A stretch of DNA of 27,745 nt from Gemmatimonadota bacterium (lineage in GTDB: Bacteria; Latescibacterota; UBA2968; UBA8231), in assembly GCA_038128265.1 (NCBI GenBank), contig JAYPJE010000008.1, positions 84,149 to 111,893 on the forward strand, read 5' to 3'. The position numbers were made by a program, and so were the translations under genes. Positions 1 through 8,347 of this stretch are shown piece after piece. The notes under the pieces were generated by a model. The model was not told the DNA's origin. It ran no database searches and saw only the letters and a program-made list of their open reading frames with translations. Every line of letters begins with the position of its first letter. Position 1 is the stretch's first letter.

Positions 1-80
1 CGTTCGATTCGACGGGCACAGGCCGCGCAGTGCATACCGCCAATATCGAATGTGCTACGCTCTATATCACGGTCTTCCAT
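1..80 (-). CDS. 5' fragment of an HMA-domain protein (CopA-type P1B-ATPase N-terminus or CopZ chaperone), truncated by the window edge
   Basis: Not in the ORF track. Manual translation from ATG at 80 gives MEDRDIERSTFDIGGMHCAACARRIE..., containing the GMxCxxC metal-binding motif. Starts 11 nt downstream of the csoR stop. Confidence 0.85.
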   Translation of the reverse strand, partial: MEDRDIERSTFDIGGMHCAACARRIE

Positions 81-91
81 GGCTTATCCCG

Positions 92-382
92 CTAGCGCGT
101 AAAACGCCCTACTACATCCAATAGCTCATCAATTGCCTCTTCGCCTTCCCCCGCAGCCAGCGCACGCTGCACGCACCCCTTTGTGTGGTTTTCAATCAGC
201 TGCAGCGCCACCTTATCGAGCGCCGCCCGCGCCGCGCTGACCTGAACCAATACGTCGACGCAGTAGCGATCCTCCTCAATCATGCGCGCAATCCCCTGCA
301 CCTGCCCCCCGACGCGCCGAAGTCGCTTTTGCAGCTGTTCCTTGTCCGTTTGGCGCACGCGGCGCCGTTGCCCGTCGGTCAT
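92..382 (-). CDS. csoR: Copper-sensing transcriptional repressor, CsoR/RcnR family (96 aa)
   Basis: C-terminal part of ORF 92..751. KRLRRVGGQVQGIARMIEEDRYCVDVLVQVSAARAAL...ENHTKGCV carries the C-H-C Cu(I) ligand set. ATG at 382 with GGAG upstream. Confidence 0.93.
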   Translation of the reverse strand: MTDGQRRRVRQTDKEQLQKRLRRVGGQVQGIARMIEEDRYCVDVLVQVSAARAALDKVALQLIENHTKGCVQRALAAGEGEEAIDELLDVVGRFTR

Positions 383-439
383 ACGCGCTTCTCCACAGTC
401 TGTAATAGACGACGTTTTCGATGCAATATCCGTCCATTT

Positions 440-467
440 AATATACCCCCAAGGGGTATCTTGACAA
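440..467 (-). promoter_or_regulatory. Sigma70-type promoter for csoR-copA/Z
   Basis: Minus strand TTGTCA (467-462)-N16-TATATT (445-440). The CsoR box fills the spacer and overlaps the -10. Confidence 0.65.
443..459. promoter_or_regulatory. CsoR operator
   Basis: Palindrome ATACCCC-CAA-GGGGTAT has the TAC/G-tract/GTA architecture of characterised CsoR boxes and lies about 60 nt upstream of csoR. Confidence 0.88.
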
Positions 468-471
468 GAGC

Positions 472-510
472 AAAAAAACATCTCGGAGACAGCGCTCCGA
501 GATGTCTTTT
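472..510. terminator. Intrinsic terminator (possibly bidirectional) after the CxxCH gene
   Basis: 11-bp stem ACATCTCGGAG (478-488)/CTCCGAGATGT (495-505), with an A-run on the left (U-tract on minus) and CTTTT on the right. Confidence 0.85.
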
Positions 511-522
511 CGTGAATAAACT

Positions 523-984
523 CTATTCCTGCGCGATCAGCACCTTGACCTGCGCCCACCCCGTTGCCTCCACTGCTGTGGGCACTGGCGCGGGCGGCGG
601 CGGCGGCGTGCTTTCGGCATCCCAGGGAAAGAAAATGTCCCCTTCTGGATTGGCATCGCCCTGCTGCCACGTTCCCTCCGGGTCGCCCAACTCTTCGCCG
701 TTTGTAGCGCCATCGCCGTCTGCATCGAGCGAGGCCAGTTCTGGCCCCCACAGCACGACGCCGGCAAAACCGGCCTGCGAGAGAAAGTCGGTTTCAATCT
801 GCAAGCCAAACGCGTTGCGCGCTCCTCCTCCTCCCGCATTGACATGGCACGCAACGCAGCCCAGCACCGTGCCGTTGGGCATTTGCCTCGTGCGCGCCGA
901 ACGCGCATCGGCAGGGGAAGCAACTGCGCAAGCCAGCAGTAGCGCAGCCGATAGAAAAGCCGCCGTTTTCTCCATTGCGCTCAT
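523..984 (-). CDS. Secreted CxxCH protein (putative monoheme cytochrome c) with temptin-like core, DxDGDG loop, Pro linker and C-terminal tail motif
   Basis: AGGAGG RBS 6 nt before ATG 984; Sec signal peptide; GCVACH; GGGGARNAFG; LDADGDGATNGEELGDP; PPPPPAPVPTAVEATGWAQVK. Confidence 0.85.
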   Translation of the reverse strand: MSAMEKTAAFLSAALLLACAVASPADARSARTRQMPNGTVLGCVACHVNAGGGGARNAFGLQIETDFLSQAGFAGVVLWGPELASLDADGDGATNGEELGDPEGTWQQGDANPEGDIFFPWDAESTPPPPPAPVPTAVEATGWAQVKVLIAQE

Positions 985-1064
985 TCTATACCTCCTAATT
1001 GTTCACATTGAGTTAGTTGCGCTATGATACGCAGCCCATGACACGTCACTCAGCACGCTACGGC

Positions 1065-4000
1065 TCAAACCGTACTTGCCCTATTCGCCGTGCGCAATTT
1101 CCATTCTTCCACGGCGCAATAGAGCACCGGCACGAGATGCACCGTCAATACGACGGCTATCATACCGCCAACGGTGGGAATCGCCATCGGCACCAGTATG
1201 TCAGCCCCGCGCCCGCTGGCCGACAAGACGGGCACCAACGCTATAATCGTCGTTGCGGCCGTCATCAGACAGGGGCGTATTCTACGCAAGCCTGCCTCGA
1301 GGGCAGCAGCCCGCGCCTGCTCCGGGGTGGCCGGCTGCCGTTCGGCAAAGACCTGGCGCAGGTAGGTAGCCACCACCACTCCGTTGTCAGAAGCGATGCC
1401 AAAGAGCGCCAAAAATCCCACCCACACGGCCACGCTCAGATTGACCGGCTCGATATTGAATAGCGCACGCAGTGACGCGTCAAAGATCGAGCCGTCTAAA
1501 AACCAGCTTTGCCCGTACAGCCACAGCAGCACAAAACCACCACCCCACGCCACGGCGATGCCCGAAAAGACCAGCAGCGTCGTTACTATGCGCTTAAACT
1601 GTAGATAGAGTATTATAAAAATGAGCCACAGCGCCAGTGGCAAGACCACCTTTAGTTTTTTCTGCGCGCGCAGCTGGTTCTGATAGCTTCCCGCAAAGCT
1701 GAAACTGATGCCGGGTGGCACTTCCAGCCTACCGCTGGCAATTTCCTCCTCTATGTGGGCCTGGCACTGCTCGACCACATCGACTTCTGCCCAGCCTTCT
1801 CGCTTGTCGAACAGCACATAGCCTACCAAAAATCCGTCTTCGCCCTTTATGACCTGCGGACCGCGCGCGTAGCGCACCTGTGCTAGCTGGCCGAGCGGTA
1901 TCTGGGCGCCACTAGGCGCCGGCACCAAAATGCGCTCCAGCCCCTCTATCGTATCGCGCAGTTCGCGCATATAGCGCACGCGCAGGGCATATCGTTCGCG
2001 CCCCTCGACCGTAGTGGCGATGCGTTTGCCGCCTATGGCCACTTCTATGACGTCCTGTACTTTCTGCAGCATAATGCCGTAACGGGCAATCGCACGCCGG
2101 TCGATGTGGATTTCCAAATAGGGCTTGCCGACCATTCGGTCGGCGTTAACCGCCGCCGCCTCTACCGCAGGGAGCCCTTTCAGGCGCTGCTCGAGCGCAA
2201 GTGCAAACCCCTCAATGGACTCCAGGCTCGGACCCTTTATTTCAATACCCATTGGCGCGCGCATACCCGACTGCAGCATAACCATGCGCGCGGCAATCGG
2301 CTGCAATTTGGGCGCCGAAGTCGAGCCGGGTATCTGACCGGCGCGAGCGATAGCCGCCCATATATCGTCGGTGGTCTGCACGCCCTTCCACGCCGACCGG
2401 CCCGGGTTGAGCGACGGATCGAGCGATGGGCGCCACTGGCGAAAAGGCCGACCGCCCTCGTCGGGTATCAGTTGGCCCGCCGCATCGCGCTGAAAGTGCC
2501 CACGCACTAGATAGGGCAGCCCGTCTGGCGCCAGCGCCGTATCGCCCGCAGCCGTGCGAAATACATCTTCCCGTTCTTCGACAAAGGCAAAGCGTCGACG
2601 ACGCCCCTGTGCATCAAGCAGATATTCAGAGCGATACTGCACGATGGTTTCGATCATAGAGACGGGCGCTGGATCCAGCGGCGTTTCGGCTCGACCCAAC
2701 TTACCCACTGCCGTTGCGACTTCCGGAATCTGCGCAATCGCTCTGTCCTGCTTTTGCAGCATGTCCAAGGCTTCGCCGATAGAAGCGTGCGGCATCGTCG
2801 TGGGCATCCACAAGAAAGATCCTTCGTCTAATGCCGGCATAAACTCCTTGCCGAAGCCGGGAAAACGCTCTGCTAGGGCGACCGCAGGAGCCGACCGACG
2901 CACGCTGCTCGGCAGAAACGAGAGCAGCACATCGAAACCGAGCCACGCCGCACCGCCCATCACAACCAGGATGACGGGAGCTATCGATGAGAGCCATTTG
3001 TGCTGTAAGCACCAATTTAGGTAGCGCGGATAGACGCGCTGAAACCCCTTAAAGAACAGCAGTAGGCCTCCCACCACGAGTGCGACAAAAGCGATATTGC
3101 GCCCACGCCCGCCCTCGACGCCTAGCGGCAACCAGTGATCGGCCAACACTCCGACAGATCCCAGCACAATGGCTCCTATACACAGCATACCCAGCACCCG
3201 GCGCGGTGCAGCCGACAGGGAATCGCGCAGCCACTGACACAGGGCAAATACAGCGACGAATGCACCCAGCCAGCCGCTATAGAACGCACCATACAGCACT
3301 CCTATGAACCCTAGCAGCGCACAGGCAAAGCGGCGCAGCGCACCCGAGGAAAGGCGCCCGTCCAGCAGGATGCTCAGCAGCGATGGGAGCACGGTCAGCG
3401 ACAGCGCGATGGAGGCGAGCAGGGCAAAGGTTTTAGTGTAGGCGAGCGGCTTGAAGAGCTTTCCCTCGGCGCCCTCCATAGCAAAGACGGGAAGAAAGCT
3501 AATAACCGTTGTCAACACGGCCGTCAGCACGGCGCCGGCCACCTCGCGCACGGCACCCAATACGACCTCCCGTCGCTCGTCGCCTTTATCGGCTTCCTGC
3601 ACGCGGCGCAGGACATTCTCGCAGATGATAATGCCTACGTCGACCATCGTGCCGATAGCAATGGCAATGCCTGAGAGAGCGACGATGTTGGCGTCGATCC
3701 CGGCAGCTTTCATCACTACAAAGCACAGCAACACGGCCAGCGGCAGTAGGCCGGATATAAGCGCCGCACTGCGCAGGTGCGCAAGCAGTACGAGCACGAC
3801 GATGACGGTAACCATCACCTCTTCGCTCAGCGCTGCAGCCAGCGTCCCCAGCGTCTCCTCTATCAGATCGGAGCGGTCGTAAAAGGGCACGATTTGTATC
3901 TGGCTAACGCGCCCATCGGCCAGCGTCTTTTGAGGAAGCCCTGGAGCAATTTCGCCGATCTTGCGCTTGACAGCCTCTATTGCCTGCAGCGGATTTTCAC

Positions 4001-4958
4001 CGTAGCGCACGACGACCACACCGCCGACGACTTCGGCTCCTTCCTTGTCGAGTGCGCCGCGCCGCAGCGCGGGTCCACGCTGCACGCGCGCCACGTTGCG
4101 CACGTAGATGGGCACGTTATCGCGCGCCAGTATAACCGCATCTTCTATGTCGGCCAGCTCTTTGACAAAGCCAATCCCGCGAATCGCATATTCTACGCGG
4201 TTGATCTCAATGGTGCGTGCGCCGACGTCGCGATTGGCCATGCGCACCGCATCAAAAACTTGGTCAATAGAAATGCCGTACAGACGCATGGCGTCTGGGT
4301 CGACGTCAATTTGGTACTCCTGCACAAAGCCGCCGACCGACGCGACTTCGCTGACGCCCTCGACCCCGAGCAGGGCGTATCGCACGTGCCAATCCTGAAT
4401 GCTGCGCAATTCGTGCAGATCCCAACCACCCGTTGGCTCTCCGCGCTCGTCGCGCCCTTCCAGCGAATACCAAAAAACCTGCCCGAGCGCCGTAGCATCG
4501 GGCCCCAGCGCGGGTTTCACACCCAACGGCAGCGCATCGGCCGGCAGGCTATTTATCTTTTCCAGTATGCGTGAGCGCGCCCAGTAAAAATCAACGTCTT
4601 CATCGAAGATCGCATACACCGTAGAAAACCCGAACATCGAGTAGCTGCGCACGGTTCGCACCCCGGGTACGCCCATCAGCGCAACCGTCAGCGGATAGCT
4701 GATTTGGTCTTCGACATCCTGCGGCGACCGCCCCATCCACTCGGTAAAAACAATCTGCTGATTCTCACCCATATCGGGTATGGCATCGACCGGCACCGGA
4801 TCGCGCTCTAGGCCATCTATCTCCCAGTCAAAGGGCGATACCACAATGCCCCAAACGGCCATGAGCACAGCGAGCGAAAGCACCACGACCCTATTGTCCA
4901 AGCAGAAGCGCAGTACGGCATCCAGCCACGAGCGCTCTGCATTGCATTTCCGTCCCAT
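1065..4958 (-). CDS. cusA: Heavy-metal efflux RND permease, CusA/SilA (Cu+/Ag+) type
   Basis: VDAIPD...QQIVFTEWMGRSPQDVEDQISYPL, LGPDATALGQVFWY, GIAIAIGTMVD and RIRPCLMT. Met-triad equivalents in FLWMP, PVSMIET and RMVMLQSG. Confidence 0.95.
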   Translation of the reverse strand: MGRKCNAERSWLDAVLRFCLDNRVVVLSLAVLMAVWGIVVSPFDWEIDGLERDPVPVDAIPDMGENQQIVFTEWMGRSPQDVEDQISYPLTVALMGVPGVRTVRSYSMFGFSTVYAIFDEDVDFYWARSRILEKINSLPADALPLGVKPALGPDATALGQVFWYSLEGRDERGEPTGGWDLHELRSIQDWHVRYALLGVEGVSEVASVGGFVQEYQIDVDPDAMRLYGISIDQVFDAVRMANRDVGARTIEINRVEYAIRGIGFVKELADIEDAVILARDNVPIYVRNVARVQRGPALRRGALDKEGAEVVGGVVVVRYGENPLQAIEAVKRKIGEIAPGLPQKTLADGRVSQIQIVPFYDRSDLIEETLGTLAAALSEEVMVTVIVVLVLLAHLRSAALISGLLPLAVLLCFVVMKAAGIDANIVALSGIAIAIGTMVDVGIIICENVLRRVQEADKGDERREVVLGAVREVAGAVLTAVLTTVISFLPVFAMEGAEGKLFKPLAYTKTFALLASIALSLTVLPSLLSILLDGRLSSGALRRFACALLGFIGVLYGAFYSGWLGAFVAVFALCQWLRDSLSAAPRRVLGMLCIGAIVLGSVGVLADHWLPLGVEGGRGRNIAFVALVVGGLLLFFKGFQRVYPRYLNWCLQHKWLSSIAPVILVVMGGAAWLGFDVLLSFLPSSVRRSAPAVALAERFPGFGKEFMPALDEGSFLWMPTTMPHASIGEALDMLQKQDRAIAQIPEVATAVGKLGRAETPLDPAPVSMIETIVQYRSEYLLDAQGRRRRFAFVEEREDVFRTAAGDTALAPDGLPYLVRGHFQRDAAGQLIPDEGGRPFRQWRPSLDPSLNPGRSAWKGVQTTDDIWAAIARAGQIPGSTSAPKLQPIAARMVMLQSGMRAPMGIEIKGPSLESIEGFALALEQRLKGLPAVEAAAVNADRMVGKPYLEIHIDRRAIARYGIMLQKVQDVIEVAIGGKRIATTVEGRERYALRVRYMRELRDTIEGLERILVPAPSGAQIPLGQLAQVRYARGPQVIKGEDGFLVGYVLFDKREGWAEVDVVEQCQAHIEEEIASGRLEVPPGISFSFAGSYQNQLRAQKKLKVVLPLALWLIFIILYLQFKRIVTTLLVFSGIAVAWGGGFVLLWLYGQSWFLDGSIFDASLRALFNIEPVNLSVAVWVGFLALFGIASDNGVVVATYLRQVFAERQPATPEQARAAALEAGLRRIRPCLMTAATTIIALVPVLSASGRGADILVPMAIPTVGGMIAVVLTVHLVPVLYCAVEEWKLRTANRASTV

Positions 4959-4967
4959 GGGTTCCCC

Positions 4968-6875
4968 TTATTCTCGCCCGTCGGCAAGGCGTCGCTGTTG
5001 GCTGCCGCAGCGCAGCATGGCCGCGCCGAAATAGGGATTTGCCACGTCTTCTATACGCTGAATCCACGACGCCCCTGCCCCTTCAAATGCCATAGGACAG
5101 TGATATACACCAAGGTCATACATCGACTCGGATCCAGCGCCATCTGCCAGCGCCAGCAGTGCGTTGGACAGCGTTAGAAAGGCTGCGCGCGCCGCGCCGA
5201 TGTCGGCTGCGTTCAATAGAATCGCCGCGGCGCTGTCGATCTCGGCTGATACGCGGCCCCACTGCGCCCAATCGGTCCCCGGCAACGCGGCTTCAGCCAT
5301 GTGATGCAGATCAGAGCGCACTTGCCCAGCTCCTACCTGCGCTGCGCTAAGCCGATCGGCACTCAGGCCCTGTTGAACGACGAGGTACGCCTCAAAAATG
5401 CGTGGGTGCACAAGCGAGTCCTGCTGTCGGTCGTCGCCGATAGTCGTCTCTTGCCCAGCGGGATTCATCATACTGGGCTTGGCCTGTATCTGCAGGGCAC
5501 TATCGATTTTAAACGCGCCGTTGACTACGACCTGCTCCCCTTCTCGCAGCCCCGATTGGACGATGTAGTAATCGCCCGCGCGCGGACCCAACTCGATTTC
5601 GCGACCTTCAAAATGACCGGCCTTACCCGGCACGGCGACATAGACGACGGCGCGCTTGCCGGTGATCAGCGGCGCCGAAACGGGCAGCACAAGCGGGGCC
5701 TGCACATCAGCCACCTCGCGCCCCGCGTAGCCCAGCGTTTCCGAACGTACCAGTGCCATTCCACATACGTCGCATGCGCCGGGCTCGTCTTTGACTATTT
5801 CCGGGTGCATTGGACTAATCCACTTACCGGCCAACGACGCGTCGATAACCCGCCCGTCCGCCGCCGTGCGCGCGCGGGCCACGGCGCGCACCAGCATACC
5901 CGGCTTAAGACGCCCGTCGCCATTGGGCACGTTGACGCGCACAGCAACGGTGCGCGTCGCCTCATCGAGCAGCGGATTAATAAAGGCGATGCGCCCCCCA
6001 AAGCGCTCGCCCGGATGCGAGTCGGCTACAACGTCTACTTCTTGCCCGTAGTGTATCCACGGCAGATCCGATTCGTATGCTTCGAGCGTTAGCCACACGC
6101 TCGACAAATCGGCAATCGTATAGATACGCTCGCCCGTCTTCACATAGGCCCCCTGCCCCACGTGGCGCTCGACGACAACGCCGCTAGACGGCGCGTAAAT
6201 TGTCAGCCGATCAGACGGCGTGCGCACGCTTTCAATATGCGCTACCTGCGCCGGCGTCAGCCCCCATAGGCGCAACCTTTGCCGGGCCGATTCAACCGTC
6301 GACGCATCGGTCTGACGCAGCGATGGCACGGCTCCATCACCCAGCTGCTCCAGCGCGCGCAGGGCCTGCACCAATTCCTGCTGTGCCGTAAGCAGTTCGG
6401 GGCTGTAGAGATACACCATGTGGTCGCCCTCGTTGACCTGCACGCCGGTATAGTCGACGTAGAGACGGTCAATGCGGCCGGGCACCCAGGCGGAAATGTC
6501 GCGCAATCGGGTCTCGTCTATAGCTACCTTGCCGACCATGCGCGTCTCCACTTCGACAAAGCGGCGTTCTACGACAGCCGTCTGCACCTGGGCCAGCTTC
6601 TGCGCCGCTGGCGATAAGGCCAATTCTCGCGGACCCAACTCAGAGCCAGCACTGGCCTCTACAGCGACCAAATCCATCGCGCAGATTGGACACTTACCGG
6701 CCTTGGTTTGGCGGATCTGCGGATGCATTGAACACGTCCACACCCCGTTCGACAATGCGTCCTCGATGGCCGTATTTTCGCCATCGCGCCCATCCGCACT
6801 GAACGCTGACCCCATCCACCATCCCAAACCCAGCGCCGCGATGCCCACACACGCAATCTTTATCTTGCTATTCAT
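4968..6875 (-). CDS. cusB: CusB-type RND periplasmic adaptor with two heavy-metal-binding domains and a C-terminal DUF3347-like domain
   Basis: WTCSMHPQI...CPICAMDL; MFP core (LYSPELLTAQQE, TRTVAVRV, LKPGML); WISPMHPEI...CDVCGMAL; C-terminal YHCPMAF...NPYFGAAMLRCG. Confidence 0.93.
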   Translation of the reverse strand: MNSKIKIACVGIAALGLGWWMGSAFSADGRDGENTAIEDALSNGVWTCSMHPQIRQTKAGKCPICAMDLVAVEASAGSELGPRELALSPAAQKLAQVQTAVVERRFVEVETRMVGKVAIDETRLRDISAWVPGRIDRLYVDYTGVQVNEGDHMVYLYSPELLTAQQELVQALRALEQLGDGAVPSLRQTDASTVESARQRLRLWGLTPAQVAHIESVRTPSDRLTIYAPSSGVVVERHVGQGAYVKTGERIYTIADLSSVWLTLEAYESDLPWIHYGQEVDVVADSHPGERFGGRIAFINPLLDEATRTVAVRVNVPNGDGRLKPGMLVRAVARARTAADGRVIDASLAGKWISPMHPEIVKDEPGACDVCGMALVRSETLGYAGREVADVQAPLVLPVSAPLITGKRAVVYVAVPGKAGHFEGREIELGPRAGDYYIVQSGLREGEQVVVNGAFKIDSALQIQAKPSMMNPAGQETTIGDDRQQDSLVHPRIFEAYLVVQQGLSADRLSAAQVGAGQVRSDLHHMAEAALPGTDWAQWGRVSAEIDSAAAILLNAADIGAARAAFLTLSNALLALADGAGSESMYDLGVYHCPMAFEGAGASWIQRIEDVANPYFGAAMLRCGSQQRRLADGRE

Positions 6876-8211
6876 TGCTCAATAGCTCCTTCTCAAGGAC
6901 GCTGCGGCTGGGCAGGCGCCGTCCGGCAAGGCGCTCAATGCGCGCAGCCTGGCGCGCGCCGTCCACGCGCGCCCTTTCGTAGGCCAACTGAAACTCCAGC
7001 AGCGTGCGCTGGACGTCGATCAATTCAAAAAAGCTGCTGCGACCTGCGGCGAATTCCTGCTGAGCCACGTTAAACAACTGCTCTGCCTTGGGCAGCAGGT
7101 TATCGCGGTAGAGCGCCGCACTGCGCTCGCTCTCGCGCCATTGAAACAGCGCATCGTCCAATTCGGCCAAGAGTGCGGCCTCTCCGTCGCGCAAAGTGCT
7201 GCGCGCGGCTTGGTAATGCGCCGCGGCCGCATCGCTCTTGCTGCGGTATTTTCCGCGCCACAGCGGTACGTTGACCGATGCCATAACCACTATGGGATCG
7301 CTGCCGCTCTGCGCACCGGCACCCGCCCGCTCGCCCGTGCGCAGATAGTCCAGGCCCACCATCAGATCGGGACGGCCTTCTTTTTGCGCTAGCTCGACGG
7401 CGTATTGAGCGCGCGCTACCAATGCGCGCAGCATCTGCAGGTGCGGATTATGCTGCAGCGCACGCACGCGCAGCGAATCCGCTTCGAAATCGATTGTTTG
7501 GGGCGAGTCTACAGCTGCAACCGCCAGCTTAATTTGGCGACCCAATAGCGCATTGAGCCGCACTGCGGCGGGCTTCAACCCATCGCGCAGCGAATTGAGA
7601 TGATTTTCCAGCTTGCCCAATTCAACCTGGACCTTTATTAGCGCGCCGTGCTCGTCGCCCCCGCCGCGAAAGCGCGTCCGGACAACTTCTTCTACATAGG
7701 CCACTAGCTGCATATTGCCTTCTGTAACCGCAATGGCGCGCTCCAAGTAGTAGTAGGCGAAATAGGCATCGACTACCTGCATAGTCAGTTCAGCACGGCG
7801 CTCTTCGTAGCGCCAGCGCGCAGCCTCTGCCGCAGCCAGCGCCGCAAGCTGGCGACCGTCCAATTCGTCGGGCCATGGAATCGGCTGCGCAACGCCCAGT
7901 CGCTGCTGCTGGGGGCCAACCCGCGTTTCGACTGGACGCAGAAAGTGGCCAACCGTTAGCGTCGGATCGGGCCAAGAGCGCGCTGGCACAACCTCGTCTA
8001 GGGCCGCTTTCCAGCGCCATAGCATGGCTTCTATTTCTGGGTTGTGAATTTGTGCGTAGAGCACGTAGTGACGCAGCGATGCATTCACATCGAACGCAAC
8101 CGAATCTGCCTGGACGACGTGCTCGCGCCGCCAATCATCCCAGGCCGCATCCTGCGCGCACAGAGCGCGCACAGACAGCAGCCAGCAGATAAAGACCGCA
8201 TACTTGATCAT
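6868..8211 (-). CDS. TolC/CusC-family outer-membrane efflux protein
   Basis: Signal peptide and two OEP repeats (HNPEIEAM...PDPTLTVG; HNPHLQML...PDLMVG...NVPLW). Overlaps the cusB start by 8 nt. Confidence 0.92.
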   Translation of the reverse strand: MIKYAVFICWLLSVRALCAQDAAWDDWRREHVVQADSVAFDVNASLRHYVLYAQIHNPEIEAMLWRWKAALDEVVPARSWPDPTLTVGHFLRPVETRVGPQQQRLGVAQPIPWPDELDGRQLAALAAAEAARWRYEERRAELTMQVVDAYFAYYYLERAIAVTEGNMQLVAYVEEVVRTRFRGGGDEHGALIKVQVELGKLENHLNSLRDGLKPAAVRLNALLGRQIKLAVAAVDSPQTIDFEADSLRVRALQHNPHLQMLRALVARAQYAVELAQKEGRPDLMVGLDYLRTGERAGAGAQSGSDPIVVMASVNVPLWRGKYRSKSDAAAAHYQAARSTLRDGEAALLAELDDALFQWRESERSAALYRDNLLPKAEQLFNVAQQEFAAGRSSFFELIDVQRTLLEFQLAYERARVDGARQAARIERLAGRRLPSRSVLEKELLSNE

Positions 8212-8347
8212 GTAGTAATTCCCGTTTTACGAGCCTGTATTGGGCGCTGCCAGCGTACGAGCACAGTGCCTGTCAGGCCAAACGCATGCGCTTAGTGCGA
8301 GCGGTTGGCCAATCGCGAAATACCGCAAAGAAACGTCGGGAATACGA

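Noticed and set aside
461..466. Perfect TTGACA on the plus strand next to the CsoR box, suggesting a divergent promoter
   Set aside because: No suitable -10 and no credible plus-strand gene. It is largely the complement of the minus-strand -35 and runs into the terminator.
383..751. N-terminal extension of ORF 92..751
   Set aside because: It overlaps the CxxCH gene, terminator and operator. CsoR homology and an RBS begin at ATG 382.
185..1027. 280-aa plus-strand ORF
   Set aside because: Antisense shadow of csoR and the CxxCH gene with no recognisable motifs.
1007..1027. TTGAGT half-site resembling an HspR HAIR element
   Set aside because: The second half-site (ACTCAA at 7-nt spacing) is missing and the context is not heat shock.
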